Assembly: GCA_964390845.1 (NCBI GenBank)
Contig: CAYMIL010000002.1
Coordinates: 33,885 to 97,884 of the forward strand
DNA length: 64,000 bases
DNA from: an uncultured Candidatus Saccharibacteria bacterium
GTDB taxonomy: Bacteria > Patescibacteriota > Minisyncoccia > Phycocordibacterales > CALRHW01
Reading direction: 5' to 3'
Of the stretch, positions 19,248-29,780 are shown in pieces. Numbering within the stretch: the first letter of the stretch is position 1; each line of letters starts with the position of its first letter. Made by a program: the position numbers and the translations under genes. Under the pieces are notes generated by a model. That model was not told the origin of the DNA. It worked only from the letters and a program-made list of their open reading frames with translations, and did not search any database.

Positions 19248-19490
19248 TTATATAACTCGAAACTTCTTATCTTTTGAAACAGGCGCTGTTTCTTCGATAA
19301 CAACGACATCACCAATTTTCTTTGTGTTACCAGCGTCATGCGCTTTGTATTTCTTGTGAAGCTTAATGTACTTGTGGTACTTAGGGTGCTTAACAAATCG
19401 TTGCACGCGAACAACAATCGTATCTTTCATTTTGTCTGATACAACAGTTCCCTTGAGGGTTCGCTTTGTTTTGTTCGCTGTATTATTCAT
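19248..19490 (-). CDS. rpsQ: 30S ribosomal protein S17
   Basis: GTVVSDKMKDTIVV, HPKYHK. Confidence 0.97.
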   Translation of the reverse strand: MNNTANKTKRTLKGTVVSDKMKDTIVVRVQRFVKHPKYHKYIKLHKKYKAHDAGNTKKIGDVVVIEETAPVSKDKKFRVI

Positions 19491-19495
19491 AACGA

Positions 19496-19678
19496 TTATT
19501 TCTGTACTGCGTTAATCTCAGTAAGGATTCGAGCGATTTCTCGCTTGAGCTCCTTGCCTTCCTTCACATTACGCACCTTGCTACCCGCAAGACCGAATCG
19601 GAAATTTCGAAGTGCCTCTCGCTTGTCTGCGAGAGTCTTTTCGAGTTCTGTTGTTGTTTTTCCTTTAAATTCGGACAT
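19496..19678 (-). CDS. rpmC: 50S ribosomal protein L29
   Basis: LRNFRF...KREIARILT; position between rplP and rpsQ. Confidence 0.92.
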   Translation of the reverse strand: MSEFKGKTTTELEKTLADKREALRNFRFGLAGSKVRNVKEGKELKREIARILTEINAVQK

Positions 19679-19689
19679 GTGATTGTTGT

Positions 19690-19717
19690 ATACTATCTTT
19701 TTCCGCCGTTGCGTCAA
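19690..19717 (-). promoter_or_regulatory. internal sigma70-type promoter upstream of rpmC
   Basis: TTGACG-N16-TAGTAT. Confidence 0.6.
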
Positions 19718-20140
19718 CTATCCAACGCGTGCGATTGACTTTGACTTCACCGGCAACTTTGTGCCAGCCTTTCGAAGCGCCTCACGAGCAGTTGCTTCAT
19801 CGACACCGTCAACCTCAAAGATTACTCGGCCTGGCTTTACAGGCACCTGATAACCCTGCGGATCTCCCTTTCCTTTTCCAAGCTTTACTTCAGCAGGCTT
19901 AGATGTAAATGGCATATCTGGGAATACTCGAATCCAGATTCGGCCGTTCTTTCCAAGCGCACGAGAGAGTGCCTTTCGAGCGGCTTCAATCTGGTTTGAT
20001 CGGATACGTGCCGCAGTAAGAGCCTTGAGTCCGTATGAACCGAATGCAAGCGATGTACCTCGAGAAGCGACGCCAGTCTTTGCTGGGTTCTTTCGGAAGG
20101 TATGCCACTTTCGATATTTTACTTTCTTAGGGAGTAACAT
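19718..20140 (-). CDS. rplP: 50S ribosomal protein L16
   Basis: MLLPKKVKYRK, IWIRVFPD, GKGKG. Confidence 0.98.
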   Translation of the reverse strand: MLLPKKVKYRKWHTFRKNPAKTGVASRGTSLAFGSYGLKALTAARIRSNQIEAARKALSRALGKNGRIWIRVFPDMPFTSKPAEVKLGKGKGDPQGYQVPVKPGRVIFEVDGVDEATAREALRKAGTKLPVKSKSIARVG

Positions 20141-20157
20141 GGTCGTGTATTAAATGC

Positions 20158-20829
20158 TTATGCTTTCTTTGTGTCTTTTGCAAAAATATCTCCCTTGTAA
20201 ATCCATACCTTAATACCAATCTTTCCGTATGGGAGAAATGCTTCGTACTTACAGAAATCTACGTCTGCACGGAGTGTCTGAAGAGGAATACGTCCCTTCT
20301 TAAGCTTCTCTGTTCGAGACATTTCCGCACCGCCAAGTCGGCCTGAGAGCTCAATCTTTACTCCTGCGACTTCTCGGTTTGCCATGACCTTCTCAATCAT
20401 TTGCTTCATAACACGGCGGAATGGCATGCGCTTCTCAAGACCCTCAGATACCATCTGCGCAACGATAGGAGCACTCGCTTCAGGATAGCGAACCTCTTTT
20501 ACATCCACCTTCAATTCTTCTTTTACAGGAAGACCTTTCTTCTGGAGCATTGAGAGCACATCGCTTCGAAGCTTTGTCATTCCCTCACCGTTTCGGCCAA
20601 TGATAGCTCCTGGTCGAGATGTCTCGATAATGATGCGGAGTGTTTTTGAACCACGCTCGATTTCGATACCGCTTACAAAAGAACCCCGGAGCTTCTTATC
20701 CAAATATTCTCGAATAACAATATCGCTCTGGAGGAATTTCTTGTATTGTTCGCCCACGCCAAACCATCGAGATTTCCAATCTCTGATGATACCGAGTCTA
20801 TGTGCGTATGGGTGAACTCTGTGTGACAT
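20158..20829 (-). CDS. rpsC: 30S ribosomal protein S3
   Basis: HPYAHRLG, SGRLGGAEMSR, GRIPLQTLRAD. Confidence 0.98.
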   Translation of the reverse strand: MSHRVHPYAHRLGIIRDWKSRWFGVGEQYKKFLQSDIVIREYLDKKLRGSFVSGIEIERGSKTLRIIIETSRPGAIIGRNGEGMTKLRSDVLSMLQKKGLPVKEELKVDVKEVRYPEASAPIVAQMVSEGLEKRMPFRRVMKQMIEKVMANREVAGVKIELSGRLGGAEMSRTEKLKKGRIPLQTLRADVDFCKYEAFLPYGKIGIKVWIYKGDIFAKDTKKA

Positions 20830-20830
20830 A

Positions 20831-21208
20831 TTATTTTGTAGTATCTGTTACTGCTTTTTTTACCTTCTTCGGAGAAGCTTTTTCGCCGAGGACAAGTGAA
20901 ATCTTGCTCGTTCGCTTTCGAAGTGGAAACGCTCGTCCGTGTGCCATAGGAAGGCGTCGGTACATAATAGGGCCCGCGTTTACACTCACCTCTCGCACCA
21001 CAAGCACCTCTGTGTTGAGGTCGGCCTGCTTTGCATTTGAAAGTGCTGAACGAAGTAATTTCTCGATAGGGGCAGCTGCTTTTTTATCTGCAAACTGCAA
21101 GCTTGCGAGCGCGCGCTCAACACTCTTTCCTCGAATAAGGTCAGCGACAAGTCGCACCTTTCGTGGTGACTGTCGATAGCTATTGAGATGTGCGCTTGCT
21201 GTATTCAT
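20831..21208 (-). CDS. rplV: 50S ribosomal protein L22
   Basis: QSPRKVRLVADLIRGK. Confidence 0.97.
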   Translation of the reverse strand: MNTASAHLNSYRQSPRKVRLVADLIRGKSVERALASLQFADKKAAAPIEKLLRSALSNAKQADLNTEVLVVREVSVNAGPIMYRRLPMAHGRAFPLRKRTSKISLVLGEKASPKKVKKAVTDTTK

Positions 21209-21218
21209 AACAATCTAA

Positions 21219-21560
21219 TTACTTCTTTGTATCTGTAGTAGCTTTAGCGGCCTGAGCAGCTGCAATCTCACCCTCTTTCTTCTTTTGCTCAAGCTCCTTC
21301 TGCATCTTTCCACCGTGCTTATTAAACTTTCGAGTAGGAGAAAACTCGCCAAGTCGGTGCCCTACCATGTCTTCTGTAACGAGTACTTCGATATGCTCAC
21401 GTCCGTTGTGAACACCGAATGTAAAACCTACCATTTCAGGAGAAATCTGGCTGTCTCGCGCCCACGTCTTAATAACGCCGGTTTCTAGCGGTCGTTTGCC
21501 CTCAATTTTTTTGAGGAGTCGTTCGTAGACGTATGGTCCTTTTTTAAGTGATCGTGTCAT
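21219..21560 (-). CDS. rpsS: 30S ribosomal protein S19
   Basis: [22 protein letters not shown]. Confidence 0.98.
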   Translation of the reverse strand: MTRSLKKGPYVYERLLKKIEGKRPLETGVIKTWARDSQISPEMVGFTFGVHNGREHIEVLVTEDMVGHRLGEFSPTRKFNKHGGKMQKELEQKKKEGEIAAAQAAKATTDTKK

Positions 21561-21607
21561 TGATAGACAAAGATAAACAAAAACAGCACCTAAGCTGCGT
21601 AGCGACT

Positions 21608-21636
21608 ATCATAGCCAAAAGGGCTCTAATAGTCAA
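21608..21636 (-). promoter_or_regulatory. internal sigma70-type promoter upstream of rpsS
   Basis: TTGACT-N17-TATGAT. Confidence 0.7.
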
Positions 21637-21649
21637 TTCTTTGCAGCGC

Positions 21650-22489
21650 TTACTTCTTTCCAACCTTGCGTCGGCTGACAATGAGGCGGTTCGAGTACTT
21701 TTTCGGAGTACGCGACTTCTGACCCTTACCTGTCGGCTTGCCCCAACGGCTCTTTGCGCGTCGAGTACCGCGACCCTGTCGTCCTTCACCTCCACCGTAT
21801 GGATGATCCACAGGGTTCATGGCAGTACCTCGTACTGTAGGGCGGATACCGAGCCATCGGCTTCGGCCAGCCTTTCCAATATTTACAAGGCGATTTTCAT
21901 CGTTGGAAACCTCACCGACAGTAGCCCATGCGGTTTCAGGAACCTTTCGAACTTCTGTAGAAGGCATCTTAAGGTCAACATATCCACCGTCTTTCGCGAC
22001 AACTTCCGCGAAACTTCCAGCAGATCGGACAAGCTTTGCGCCACCCTGAGGCTTGATTTCAATATTGTATACAAATGTACCAACAGTAATGTTCTTGAGT
22101 GGGAGGCGATTACCCGCTTTGATTTCTGCTTTTTCTGATGTGACAAGTGTATCACCTACTGTTACACCCTTTGGAAGAAGCACATACCGCTTCTCACCAT
22201 CTCGGTAAAACACAAGACCGATAAAGCCAGAACGGTTTGGATCGTACTCAACAGTCTTTACTGTATATGGAATATCCATTTTCTCGAAACGGAAATCGAT
22301 TTCTCGATAGAGACGCTTGTGACCACTTCCCTTGTGTCGAGTTGTGATGCGTCCGCGGTTGTTTCGGCCGACAGCTCGCTTAAAGCCGTGAGTCAAAGAC
22401 TTTTCTGGCTGACTTGCAGTCAAAAATTGATTGTATGAAATAGTCGTAAGTCCTCGGCGTGATGGCGATGTTGGTTTATATCGTTTCAT
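21650..22489 (-). CDS. rplB: 50S ribosomal protein L2
   Basis: GRNNRGRIT, EYDPNRS, RGTAMNPVDHPYGGGEG. Confidence 0.98.
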   Translation of the reverse strand: MKRYKPTSPSRRGLTTISYNQFLTASQPEKSLTHGFKRAVGRNNRGRITTRHKGSGHKRLYREIDFRFEKMDIPYTVKTVEYDPNRSGFIGLVFYRDGEKRYVLLPKGVTVGDTLVTSEKAEIKAGNRLPLKNITVGTFVYNIEIKPQGGAKLVRSAGSFAEVVAKDGGYVDLKMPSTEVRKVPETAWATVGEVSNDENRLVNIGKAGRSRWLGIRPTVRGTAMNPVDHPYGGGEGRQGRGTRRAKSRWGKPTGKGQKSRTPKKYSNRLIVSRRKVGKK

Positions 22490-22495
22490 GGTCGT

Positions 22496-22858
22496 TTATA
22501 CTAGTTCGATCTTATCGCCCTCCTTGAGATAGACGTATGCTTTCTTCACACCAGACTTTAGACCGGCCTTTCCACGTACAAAAACACGCTTTGCGGGAGA
22601 ACGGACGATTCCAATTTTCACTGGAGTTACTTTGTATGAATTAAAAATTGCCTGCGCAACATCCTTCTTTCCAGCTCGGCCCTGTATCTCAAATACGTAC
22701 ACGTTGCGCTCGCTCTGCACGGTCGCTTTTTCTGTAATACGAGGCTTTACGAGAGTGTGTGCTGAGCTTTTTACAGATGCTGAAACAACAGCCGGAGCTT
22801 CAGTTGCCACCTTCTCTTTCTGTGCTTTCGTATTCTTTTTTCGTCCAAGCATAGCCAT
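22496..22858 (-). CDS. rplW: 50S ribosomal protein L23
   Basis: PRITEKA, KKAYVYLKEG. Confidence 0.95.
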   Translation of the reverse strand: MAMLGRKKNTKAQKEKVATEAPAVVSASVKSSAHTLVKPRITEKATVQSERNVYVFEIQGRAGKKDVAQAIFNSYKVTPVKIGIVRSPAKRVFVRGKAGLKSGVKKAYVYLKEGDKIELV

Positions 22859-22863
22859 GGTAA

Positions 22864-23535
22864 TTATTTCTTAACTTCTGCTGTTCGAGCAATTGCCTTG
22901 ATTGATTCTTCGGGATCAGTAATCACAATGTATTTTGCATTTACGAGCTGCAATGGATCGATGTTTCGGGTTTCGCCAATCTCAATGTTTGCGAAGTTTC
23001 GGAAACTTTTCTCTGTGTTTACATCCTTTCGCCCAAGAGCAATATGAGCCGCGTTGCGTCGCTTTTTTGTAATAGACTCAAAGCCCTTGATACCGCCAAT
23101 AGCGTTGAGTACGTGTTTTGCTTCGCTGGTCTTTGGAGCCTTAAATGAAAGCGAGTCGATAAAGAGCACTTCACCGTCCTTAAACTTCTTTGAAAGAATT
23201 GTGAAGAGCGCCTTAAGCTTCATCTTCTTGTTGATCTTTCGATCGAAGTTTTTGTCATTGCGAGGGCCGTGAGCAACACCTCCACCAACCCAAATCGGTG
23301 ATCGTGTAGAACCGTGTCGAGCGCGACCTGTTCCCTTCTGCTTCCATGGCTTCTTTCCACCTCCGCGTACCTCACCTCGAGTTCGAGAGTGTGCTACGGG
23401 TGTTCGAGAAGACGATAGGATTGATGACACAACCTGATGTACGAGGTCGGCATTCCATGGCAAACCAAACACATTCTCTGGAAGTTTGATGCTTCCTGTC
23501 TCTTTGCCTTGCTGATTGTATACTTTAGTTTCCAT
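22864..23535 (-). CDS. rplD: 50S ribosomal protein L4
   Basis: KPWKQKGTGRARHGS. Confidence 0.98.
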   Translation of the reverse strand: METKVYNQQGKETGSIKLPENVFGLPWNADLVHQVVSSILSSSRTPVAHSRTRGEVRGGGKKPWKQKGTGRARHGSTRSPIWVGGGVAHGPRNDKNFDRKINKKMKLKALFTILSKKFKDGEVLFIDSLSFKAPKTSEAKHVLNAIGGIKGFESITKKRRNAAHIALGRKDVNTEKSFRNFANIEIGETRNIDPLQLVNAKYIVITDPEESIKAIARTAEVKK

Positions 23536-23552
23536 GATAATGCGTATCGTGA

Positions 23553-24173
23553 TTATATCGATCGGATTTCGACGAGTGTTCCCTTTCGGCCTGGAAGTGC
23601 ACCGAGGACGAGCACCTGGTTGTGTGCTGTGTCGATATCAACAATCTTGAGATTCTTGACGGTGATGCGATCGCCACCCATTCGGCCGGCCATACGCATG
23701 TTCTTTGGAACACGTCCTCCGTTTCGATTTCCTCCAGAAATAGATCCTGGTTCGCGCTCAGAATGTTTCTGACCGTGACTTCGTGGACCACCACCGAAAC
23801 CATGTCGCTTTACGACACCCTGAAATCCCTTACCTTTTGAAATAGCAGATACCTCTACAGCATCTCCCTGAGCAAATGTACCCGCCTCAATCTTGTCGCC
23901 AACCTTAAATGGAATCTCGGCGCCGTCCATTCGGAACTCCTGCACGTGCATGAAGTTGCCAAGGTCTTTAAAGTGACCCTTCTGTGCCTTAGAGATGTTC
24001 TTCTCTTTTCGAGCGCCGAAGCCTACCTGAACAGCTTTATAGCCGTCTTTTCCGCCGTCTTTTACCTGAGTGACGACCATGGGGCCAGCCTCAACAACGG
24101 TAACAGGAACTACCTCGCCCTGAGCGTTGAAGACTTGTGACATCCGTATTTTTTTTCCAAGAATGAATTTCAT
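23553..24173 (-). CDS. rplC: 50S ribosomal protein L3
   Basis: SKGKGFQGVVKRHGF, MAGRMG. Confidence 0.98.
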   Translation of the reverse strand: MKFILGKKIRMSQVFNAQGEVVPVTVVEAGPMVVTQVKDGGKDGYKAVQVGFGARKEKNISKAQKGHFKDLGNFMHVQEFRMDGAEIPFKVGDKIEAGTFAQGDAVEVSAISKGKGFQGVVKRHGFGGGPRSHGQKHSEREPGSISGGNRNGGRVPKNMRMAGRMGGDRITVKNLKIVDIDTAHNQVLVLGALPGRKGTLVEIRSI

Positions 24174-24241
24174 GCTGTATTTTCAAGCCATTATAAGACT
24201 CTAGGCAGGTTGTACCCTGCCTTTAGAGCCCCATACTACCC

Positions 24242-24598
24242 CTACATTATCTTTACGTCAATATTTACGCCCGACGGAAGACTGAGGTTCGTAAGCGACT
24301 CAATAATCTTAGGACTTGGGTTAAGAATATCGATAAGTCGCTTGTGAATTCTCATTTCAAACTGCTCTCGAGCATTTTTGTACACGAACGCCGCTCGATT
24401 GACCGTATATTTCTTAATCTCGGTCGGTAGAGGGATTGGACCAAGCACCTGCGCATCATAACGAATCGCTGTATCGATAATCTGCTTTACAGACAAATCG
24501 AGTACTTTGTATTCGTACGCCTGCACGCGAATGCGAAGCTTCTGGATACCGTCTCCTGCTTTCTTTGGCGTCTTTTTTGTGGCAGTTGCCTTAGTCAT
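24242..24598 (-). CDS. rpsJ: 30S ribosomal protein S10
   Basis: GPIPLPT, REQFEMRIHKRLIDI. Confidence 0.98.
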   Translation of the reverse strand: MTKATATKKTPKKAGDGIQKLRIRVQAYEYKVLDLSVKQIIDTAIRYDAQVLGPIPLPTEIKKYTVNRAAFVYKNAREQFEMRIHKRLIDILNPSPKIIESLTNLSLPSGVNIDVKIM

Positions 24599-24620
24599 GT
24601 TGGTCGTTTATGAGATGAAG

Positions 24621-25820
24621 TTAGGCGATGATCTTTGTTACAACACCAGCACCCACTGTCTTTCCACCTTCTCGAATAGCGAAGTTCTGCTTCTCTTCAA
24701 GAGCAACAGGGGCTACGAGCTTTACCTTGAAAGTAACCGTGTCTCCAGGCATAACCATTTCTACACCTTCCTTGAGAGTCACGTCTCCCGTTACGTCTGT
24801 AGTTCGAACGTAGAACTGAGGCTTGTAACCAGAGAAGAATGGAGTGTGTCGGCCACCTTCCTCCTTCTTGAGGATGTATACTTCTGCCTCGAATTCTGTG
24901 TGAGGAGTTACTGATCCTGGCTTTGCAAGAACCTGACCTCGAGAGATGTCTTCTTTCTTAAGACCTCGAACAAGGATACCTGCGTTGTCTCCAGCAAGAC
25001 CTTCCTGAAGAGACTTGTTGAACATTTCGATACCAGTCACGACAGTCTTTGCAGATGCCTTAAGACCGATAACTTCAACTTCTTCACCTACCTTGATGCG
25101 ACCTCGCTCGATTCGGCCTGTTACTACAGTTCCACGACCTTCAATAGAGAAGATGTCTTCAACTGGCATAAGGAATGGCTTGTCGAGTTCACGCTCTGGG
25201 ATTGGAACGTATGTGTCGAGAGCATTAGCAAGCTCAAGAATCTTCTGTGCCCATTCGTCAGAATTATCCTTTGACTCAAGAGCCTTAAGGCCTGAACCTC
25301 GGATTACAGGAGTGTTTGCGCCGTCATAACCGTTCTTTGTGAGAAGCTCTCGAACTTCCTCTTCAACAAGGTCAATAAGCTCCTTATCAGGAACCATGTC
25401 ACACTTGTTAAGGAATACGATAATCTTTGGCACACCGATCTGATGAGCGAGGAGAACGTGCTCACGAGTCTGGGGCATAACACCGTCAGTAGCAGCAACC
25501 ACGATAATAGCGCCGTCCATCTGTGCGGCACCAGTAATCATGTTCTTGATGTAGTCGGCATGACCAGGAGCGTCGATGTGTGCGTAGTGACGAGTTGGAG
25601 TTTCGTACTCGTTGTGAGAAAGGGCAATAGTAATTCCACGTGCCTTTTCTTCAGGCGCCTTATCAATACCGTCGATACCGACGATTTTCGCGCTGTAGCC
25701 ATTACCCTGTCGTCCGAGGACTGAGAGGATAGCCGCTGTAAGCGTAGTCTTTCCGTGGTCAACGTGTCCGATAGTACCGACGTTCACGTGTGGTTTTGAT
25801 CGATCAAAATCTCCTGCCAT
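24621..25820 (-). CDS. tuf: elongation factor Tu
   Basis: [31 protein letters not shown]. Confidence 0.99.
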   Translation of the reverse strand: MAGDFDRSKPHVNVGTIGHVDHGKTTLTAAILSVLGRQGNGYSAKIVGIDGIDKAPEEKARGITIALSHNEYETPTRHYAHIDAPGHADYIKNMITGAAQMDGAIIVVAATDGVMPQTREHVLLAHQIGVPKIIVFLNKCDMVPDKELIDLVEEEVRELLTKNGYDGANTPVIRGSGLKALESKDNSDEWAQKILELANALDTYVPIPERELDKPFLMPVEDIFSIEGRGTVVTGRIERGRIKVGEEVEVIGLKASAKTVVTGIEMFNKSLQEGLAGDNAGILVRGLKKEDISRGQVLAKPGSVTPHTEFEAEVYILKKEEGGRHTPFFSGYKPQFYVRTTDVTGDVTLKEGVEMVMPGDTVTFKVKLVAPVALEEKQNFAIREGGKTVGAGVVTKIIA

Positions 25821-25922
25821 AGTTTTAATTTCTATTTATTAATAATTGCTTGTATATTTGACGGTTTTTATTGGGCATCTGAAGGCCACAAAACAAAAAC
25901 AGCGCAAAAAGCGATAACGCTC

Positions 25923-25950
25923 ATATTAGCAAACGGCTCATGTAAGTCAA
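25923..25950 (-). promoter_or_regulatory. sigma70-type promoter for tuf/S10 cluster
   Basis: TTGACT-N16-TAATAT downstream of the inserted gene. Confidence 0.6.
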
Positions 25951-25987
25951 GTAAGCTACCCCGAAAGGGTAGTTTCACTCGTTACCA

Positions 25988-26971
25988 CTAGAGAGAATTG
26001 GGTGTCGGGGGACCGAATATTTCAGGTTTATGGTGTATTGGATAGCCTGGAAGGAATGGGAGGAGGGGGTCATCTATAACGATGGGGGTGCATTTCGGAA
26101 TACCATATTCAATGTTTACGCAAAAACACCATGCATTTTTATTATCTGGGCATTTCTTAAACTCATAGTATCCCCAGCCACCAGGCAAATCCTCCCAACA
26201 ATCATCTCCCAGACAAATTAATTTTCTTTTATAGCAAACAAAGTTATATCCCCCATCAGGAGAAAGTGATATATCACATTTTATATGCGGTAAAATCATA
26301 CCGTCGACAATATCAATCGTGCAATTACCAGACTCATCACAGACAATTGTCGCTCTATAGCAGATTTTTATACCCTCAACGAAGAAACACACCTGAAGCT
26401 TATCTTTACCCAATATCTTTACACAAAGAACGTAGCCATTAACGGTAAACTGTTGCTCCCCGGCAGCGCAGGAGGCACCTTCTTGGGGAGCTTCGTTGGC
26501 AGCCAGGTATAATTCTGCTTCAACGGCGGAAAATGTCTGGGATTGAAGGACTTCGAGGGTGTTTGCATCAACGATGCCAGTTTGCGGGAGGTCGTTCTTC
26601 TGCTGAAACTTTTTTACAGCAATCGCAGTAAGCTGACCAAACACATCCGATTCATTACGGGGAGAACCTGTACCAAACTGAGCAATCGGAAAACCTAGAA
26701 TATTCAACGCTTTCTGTATATCCCGCACACCTTCACTCACCACCCCCAGACCAAGGGGTGAAAAAGATTCTGTCTCCTGGGCTTTTTCTGGTTCTTGGAC
26801 CTTCACAGCTGGTGATTTTGTTCTCAACTGAGCGATGTTTTGCACTGAGGCTACCCAAGAAGAGCTTTGGTACTCACCACCCCTTACGTATGAGACAATA
26901 ACAGATAACAGAGCGAGAGCTACCACCGAACACAAAAGACCAACAACGGCCTTGAGGTTTTTGTTTTTCAT
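25988..26971 (-). CDS. membrane-anchored peptidoglycan-binding protein with Cys-rich C-terminal domain
   Basis: N-terminal hydrophobic helix; PG_binding_1-like VRDIQKALN...FGQLTAIAVKKFQQKNDL.QTGIVD; 14 Cys in the C-terminal part. Confidence 0.75.
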   Translation of the reverse strand: MKNKNLKAVVGLLCSVVALALLSVIVSYVRGGEYQSSSWVASVQNIAQLRTKSPAVKVQEPEKAQETESFSPLGLGVVSEGVRDIQKALNILGFPIAQFGTGSPRNESDVFGQLTAIAVKKFQQKNDLPQTGIVDANTLEVLQSQTFSAVEAELYLAANEAPQEGASCAAGEQQFTVNGYVLCVKILGKDKLQVCFFVEGIKICYRATIVCDESGNCTIDIVDGMILPHIKCDISLSPDGGYNFVCYKRKLICLGDDCWEDLPGGWGYYEFKKCPDNKNAWCFCVNIEYGIPKCTPIVIDDPLLPFLPGYPIHHKPEIFGPPTPNSL

Positions 26972-26987
26972 ACACACAGTATACCAC

Positions 26988-27025
26988 GCAAAAACCCCCA
27001 GATTTTTCAATCTGGGGGTTTTTGC
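26988..27025. terminator. intrinsic terminator after fusA
   Basis: gcaaaaaccccca gatt...aatc tgggggtttttgc. Confidence 0.85.
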
Positions 27026-27032
27026 TGTTTTG

Positions 27033-29177
27033 CTATTTTCGACTCTCGACGATCGTCTTCTCGACGTTCGGAGGAACGATCTCGTAGTGATCAAATTCCA
27101 TACCGGCATTACCACGACCCTCTGTCATAGAGCGGAGCTGTGTGGTATACCCGAACATTTCAGACAATGGAACCATCGCGCGGATAACCTTCACACCACC
27201 TGGTCGGTCCTCAAATCCTTCAATCTGAGCACGCTTTGAAGAGAGGCTTCCTGTCACATCACCAAAGAATTTTTCAGGAGCTGTCACCTCGACTTTCATA
27301 ATAGGCTCGAGAATCACAGGACGTGCACGCTTAGCGGCCTCTTGGAATGCCTGAGAACCCGCAATCTTGTAGGCAATTTCAGATGAGTCCACGTCGTGGT
27401 ACGAACCGAATGTGAGTTCGCAGGATACGTTTACCATCTTGAAGCCAGCAACGATACCGCGATCCATTGCCTCCTTTACACCCTTTTCTACCGCAGGGAT
27501 AAATTCCTGAGGAATAACACCTCCCTTGATAGAATCAATAAACTCGAAGTCGTCGTATCGCTTAACGTTCTTAGGTACTTTTTCACCCTCCTCAAGCTTC
27601 TCCATAGGCTTAAGGGTGATTTTAACGTGACCGTACTGACCCTTACCTCCAGACTGCTTGATGTACTTGTGTTCTGCTTCAGCTTCGCCAGTGATAGTTT
27701 CCTTGTATGACACCTGAGGCTTTCCAACGTTTGCCTCAACACCGAACTCTCGCTTCATTCGATCAACCATGATTTCAAGATGAAGCTCTCCCATGCCTGA
27801 GATGATAGTCTCGCCTGTTTCAGCGTTTGAACCAATTTTAAATGTAGGGTCTTCGTCTGAGAGTTTCTTGAGAGCGATACCCATTTTTTCCTGATCTGCC
27901 TTTGTTTTCGGTTCGATTCGGAGGGATACCACTGGCTCAACGAACTTAATCGGGTCGAGAATGATTGGGTTGTTTTCGTCGCAGAATGTATGCGATGTCT
28001 TTGCGCTCTTGATACCCACAGCGGCAGCAATTTCACCTGCAAACACCTTCTTTACCTCTTCTCGCTTATCTGCCTGAAGGCGGACAATACGGCCAAGGCG
28101 CTCTTTCTCACCAGTCGTTGAGTTGTATAAATAGCTTCCCGCTTCAACTGTTCCAGAATACACACGGAAGAATGTGAGCTGTCCGACGAATGGGTCGTTT
28201 TGGAGCTTGAAGGCAAGCGCCGCAAACGGCTCGCTGTCTGAAGGACCACGCTCGATTTCATTGCCTGTCTTAGGGTCAATTCCCTTTACTGGAGGCATGT
28301 CTAGAGGAGATGGGAGGTATCGAACAACAGCATCGAGCACAAGCTGAACACCTTTGTTTTTGAGCGCAGAACCTGCGTACACAGGAATGAGCTTAACTGC
28401 GAGTGTCGCTTTTCGAAGTGCCGCATGAAGCGCATCCATTTCAGGCTCTTTGCCCTCAAGATACATGCTCATAAGCGCATCGTCTGTCTCGACAATTCTC
28501 TCGATGAGTTCTGCTCGATACTTCTTTGCTTCCTCTACATACTCTGCAGGAACTTCATCTTCACGAATAGTGTTACCCATTGTTCCCTCAAAGTAGAATG
28601 CCTTCATCTTGAGAAGGTCGATAACACCGAGGAAGTTTTCCTCAAGACCAATAGGAATCTGCATACGAACTGCATTTTTGTTGAGGCGGTCAAGAATAGA
28701 TTTGTATGATCGCTCAAAACTTGCGCCCATTCGGTCGAGCTTGTTGATAAAACAGATTCGAGGCACTTTTCCGTCGTCAGCATAGCGCCAGTTTGTTTCA
28801 GACTGAGGCTCCACACCCGCCACACCGTCGAAAACTACCACCGCACCGTCGAGCACTCGAAGGGAGCGCTTCACTTCAGCGGTAAAGTCGATGTGTCCAG
28901 GAGTATCGATAATATTAAAACGATGCTTGAAAGAGGTGTCCGCACCCATGAATGTCGGATTCCAGAAACATGTAATCGCCGCGGCAGTAATGGTAATGCC
29001 ACGCTCTCGTTCCTGCTCCATCCAGTCGGTCGTCGTATTACCCTCGTGCACCTCGCCGATCTTATGACTCTCGCCGGTGTAGTAGAGCACGCGCTCAGAC
29101 GTAGTCGTCTTTCCGGCGTCGATGTGCGCAATAATTCCAAAATTTCTAACTTTTTCTAGAGGGTAATCTCGGTTCAT
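27033..29177 (-). CDS. fusA: elongation factor G
   Basis: [30 protein letters not shown]. Confidence 0.99.
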   Translation of the reverse strand: MNRDYPLEKVRNFGIIAHIDAGKTTTSERVLYYTGESHKIGEVHEGNTTTDWMEQERERGITITAAAITCFWNPTFMGADTSFKHRFNIIDTPGHIDFTAEVKRSLRVLDGAVVVFDGVAGVEPQSETNWRYADDGKVPRICFINKLDRMGASFERSYKSILDRLNKNAVRMQIPIGLEENFLGVIDLLKMKAFYFEGTMGNTIREDEVPAEYVEEAKKYRAELIERIVETDDALMSMYLEGKEPEMDALHAALRKATLAVKLIPVYAGSALKNKGVQLVLDAVVRYLPSPLDMPPVKGIDPKTGNEIERGPSDSEPFAALAFKLQNDPFVGQLTFFRVYSGTVEAGSYLYNSTTGEKERLGRIVRLQADKREEVKKVFAGEIAAAVGIKSAKTSHTFCDENNPIILDPIKFVEPVVSLRIEPKTKADQEKMGIALKKLSDEDPTFKIGSNAETGETIISGMGELHLEIMVDRMKREFGVEANVGKPQVSYKETITGEAEAEHKYIKQSGGKGQYGHVKITLKPMEKLEEGEKVPKNVKRYDDFEFIDSIKGGVIPQEFIPAVEKGVKEAMDRGIVAGFKMVNVSCELTFGSYHDVDSSEIAYKIAGSQAFQEAAKRARPVILEPIMKVEVTAPEKFFGDVTGSLSSKRAQIEGFEDRPGGVKVIRAMVPLSEMFGYTTQLRSMTEGRGNAGMEFDHYEIVPPNVEKTIVESRK

Positions 29178-29292
29178 AATGAATTACGTAATAATTTGTA
29201 TAAGCCCCGTGCAGAAATGTACCTCGCGCCGTCGCGCTCGTAAGTCTCCGCTCAACACATTTCTGCACACGGAAAACAGATAGATACTAAGT

Positions 29293-29763
29293 CTACCACG
29301 CAAAATGCGCGAATGCTTTGTTTGCCTCGGCCATCTTGTGGGTATTTTCCCGCTTTTTGACGGCCTCACCTTCGTTTTTGCTTGCAGCGATAATCTCGTC
29401 TGAAAGGCGGTTTGCCATAGGAGAGCCCTTCTTTGAGCGAGCCGCCTCAATAATCCACTTCATAGAAAGCGCGAGTCGGCGCTCTGGGCGAACTTCTCGA
29501 GGAATCTGGTAGTTTGCACCACCGACACGTCGAGAACGAACCTCCATAAGAGGGCCTGTGTTTTTCAGCGCCGCATCGAGAACTTCGAGAGGATCGGTTG
29601 TCTTTGCCTTATCTTTGAGTTGCTCAAGGGCATCGTAGACTACCGTACGAGCAGTCTGCTTCTTTCCATCAAGCATTACGTAGTTGATAAGCTTTCCAAC
29701 CTTCTCTGATTCGTAGACAAAGTCTGGACCAACAATATTTCGATTCTTAACTTTTCGTCGCAT
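29293..29763 (-). CDS. rpsG: 30S ribosomal protein S7
   Basis: SRRVGGANYQIP, HKMAEANKAFAH. Confidence 0.98.
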   Translation of the reverse strand: MRRKVKNRNIVGPDFVYESEKVGKLINYVMLDGKKQTARTVVYDALEQLKDKAKTTDPLEVLDAALKNTGPLMEVRSRRVGGANYQIPREVRPERRLALSMKWIIEAARSKKGSPMANRLSDEIIAASKNEGEAVKKRENTHKMAEANKAFAHFAW

Positions 29764-29780
29764 AGTGAGATAAATTCGGC

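Noticed and set aside
26972-27115. Extension of the PG-binding ORF into fusA, suggesting fusion or frameshift
   Set aside because: It crosses the fusA terminator; ATG 26971 has its own promoter
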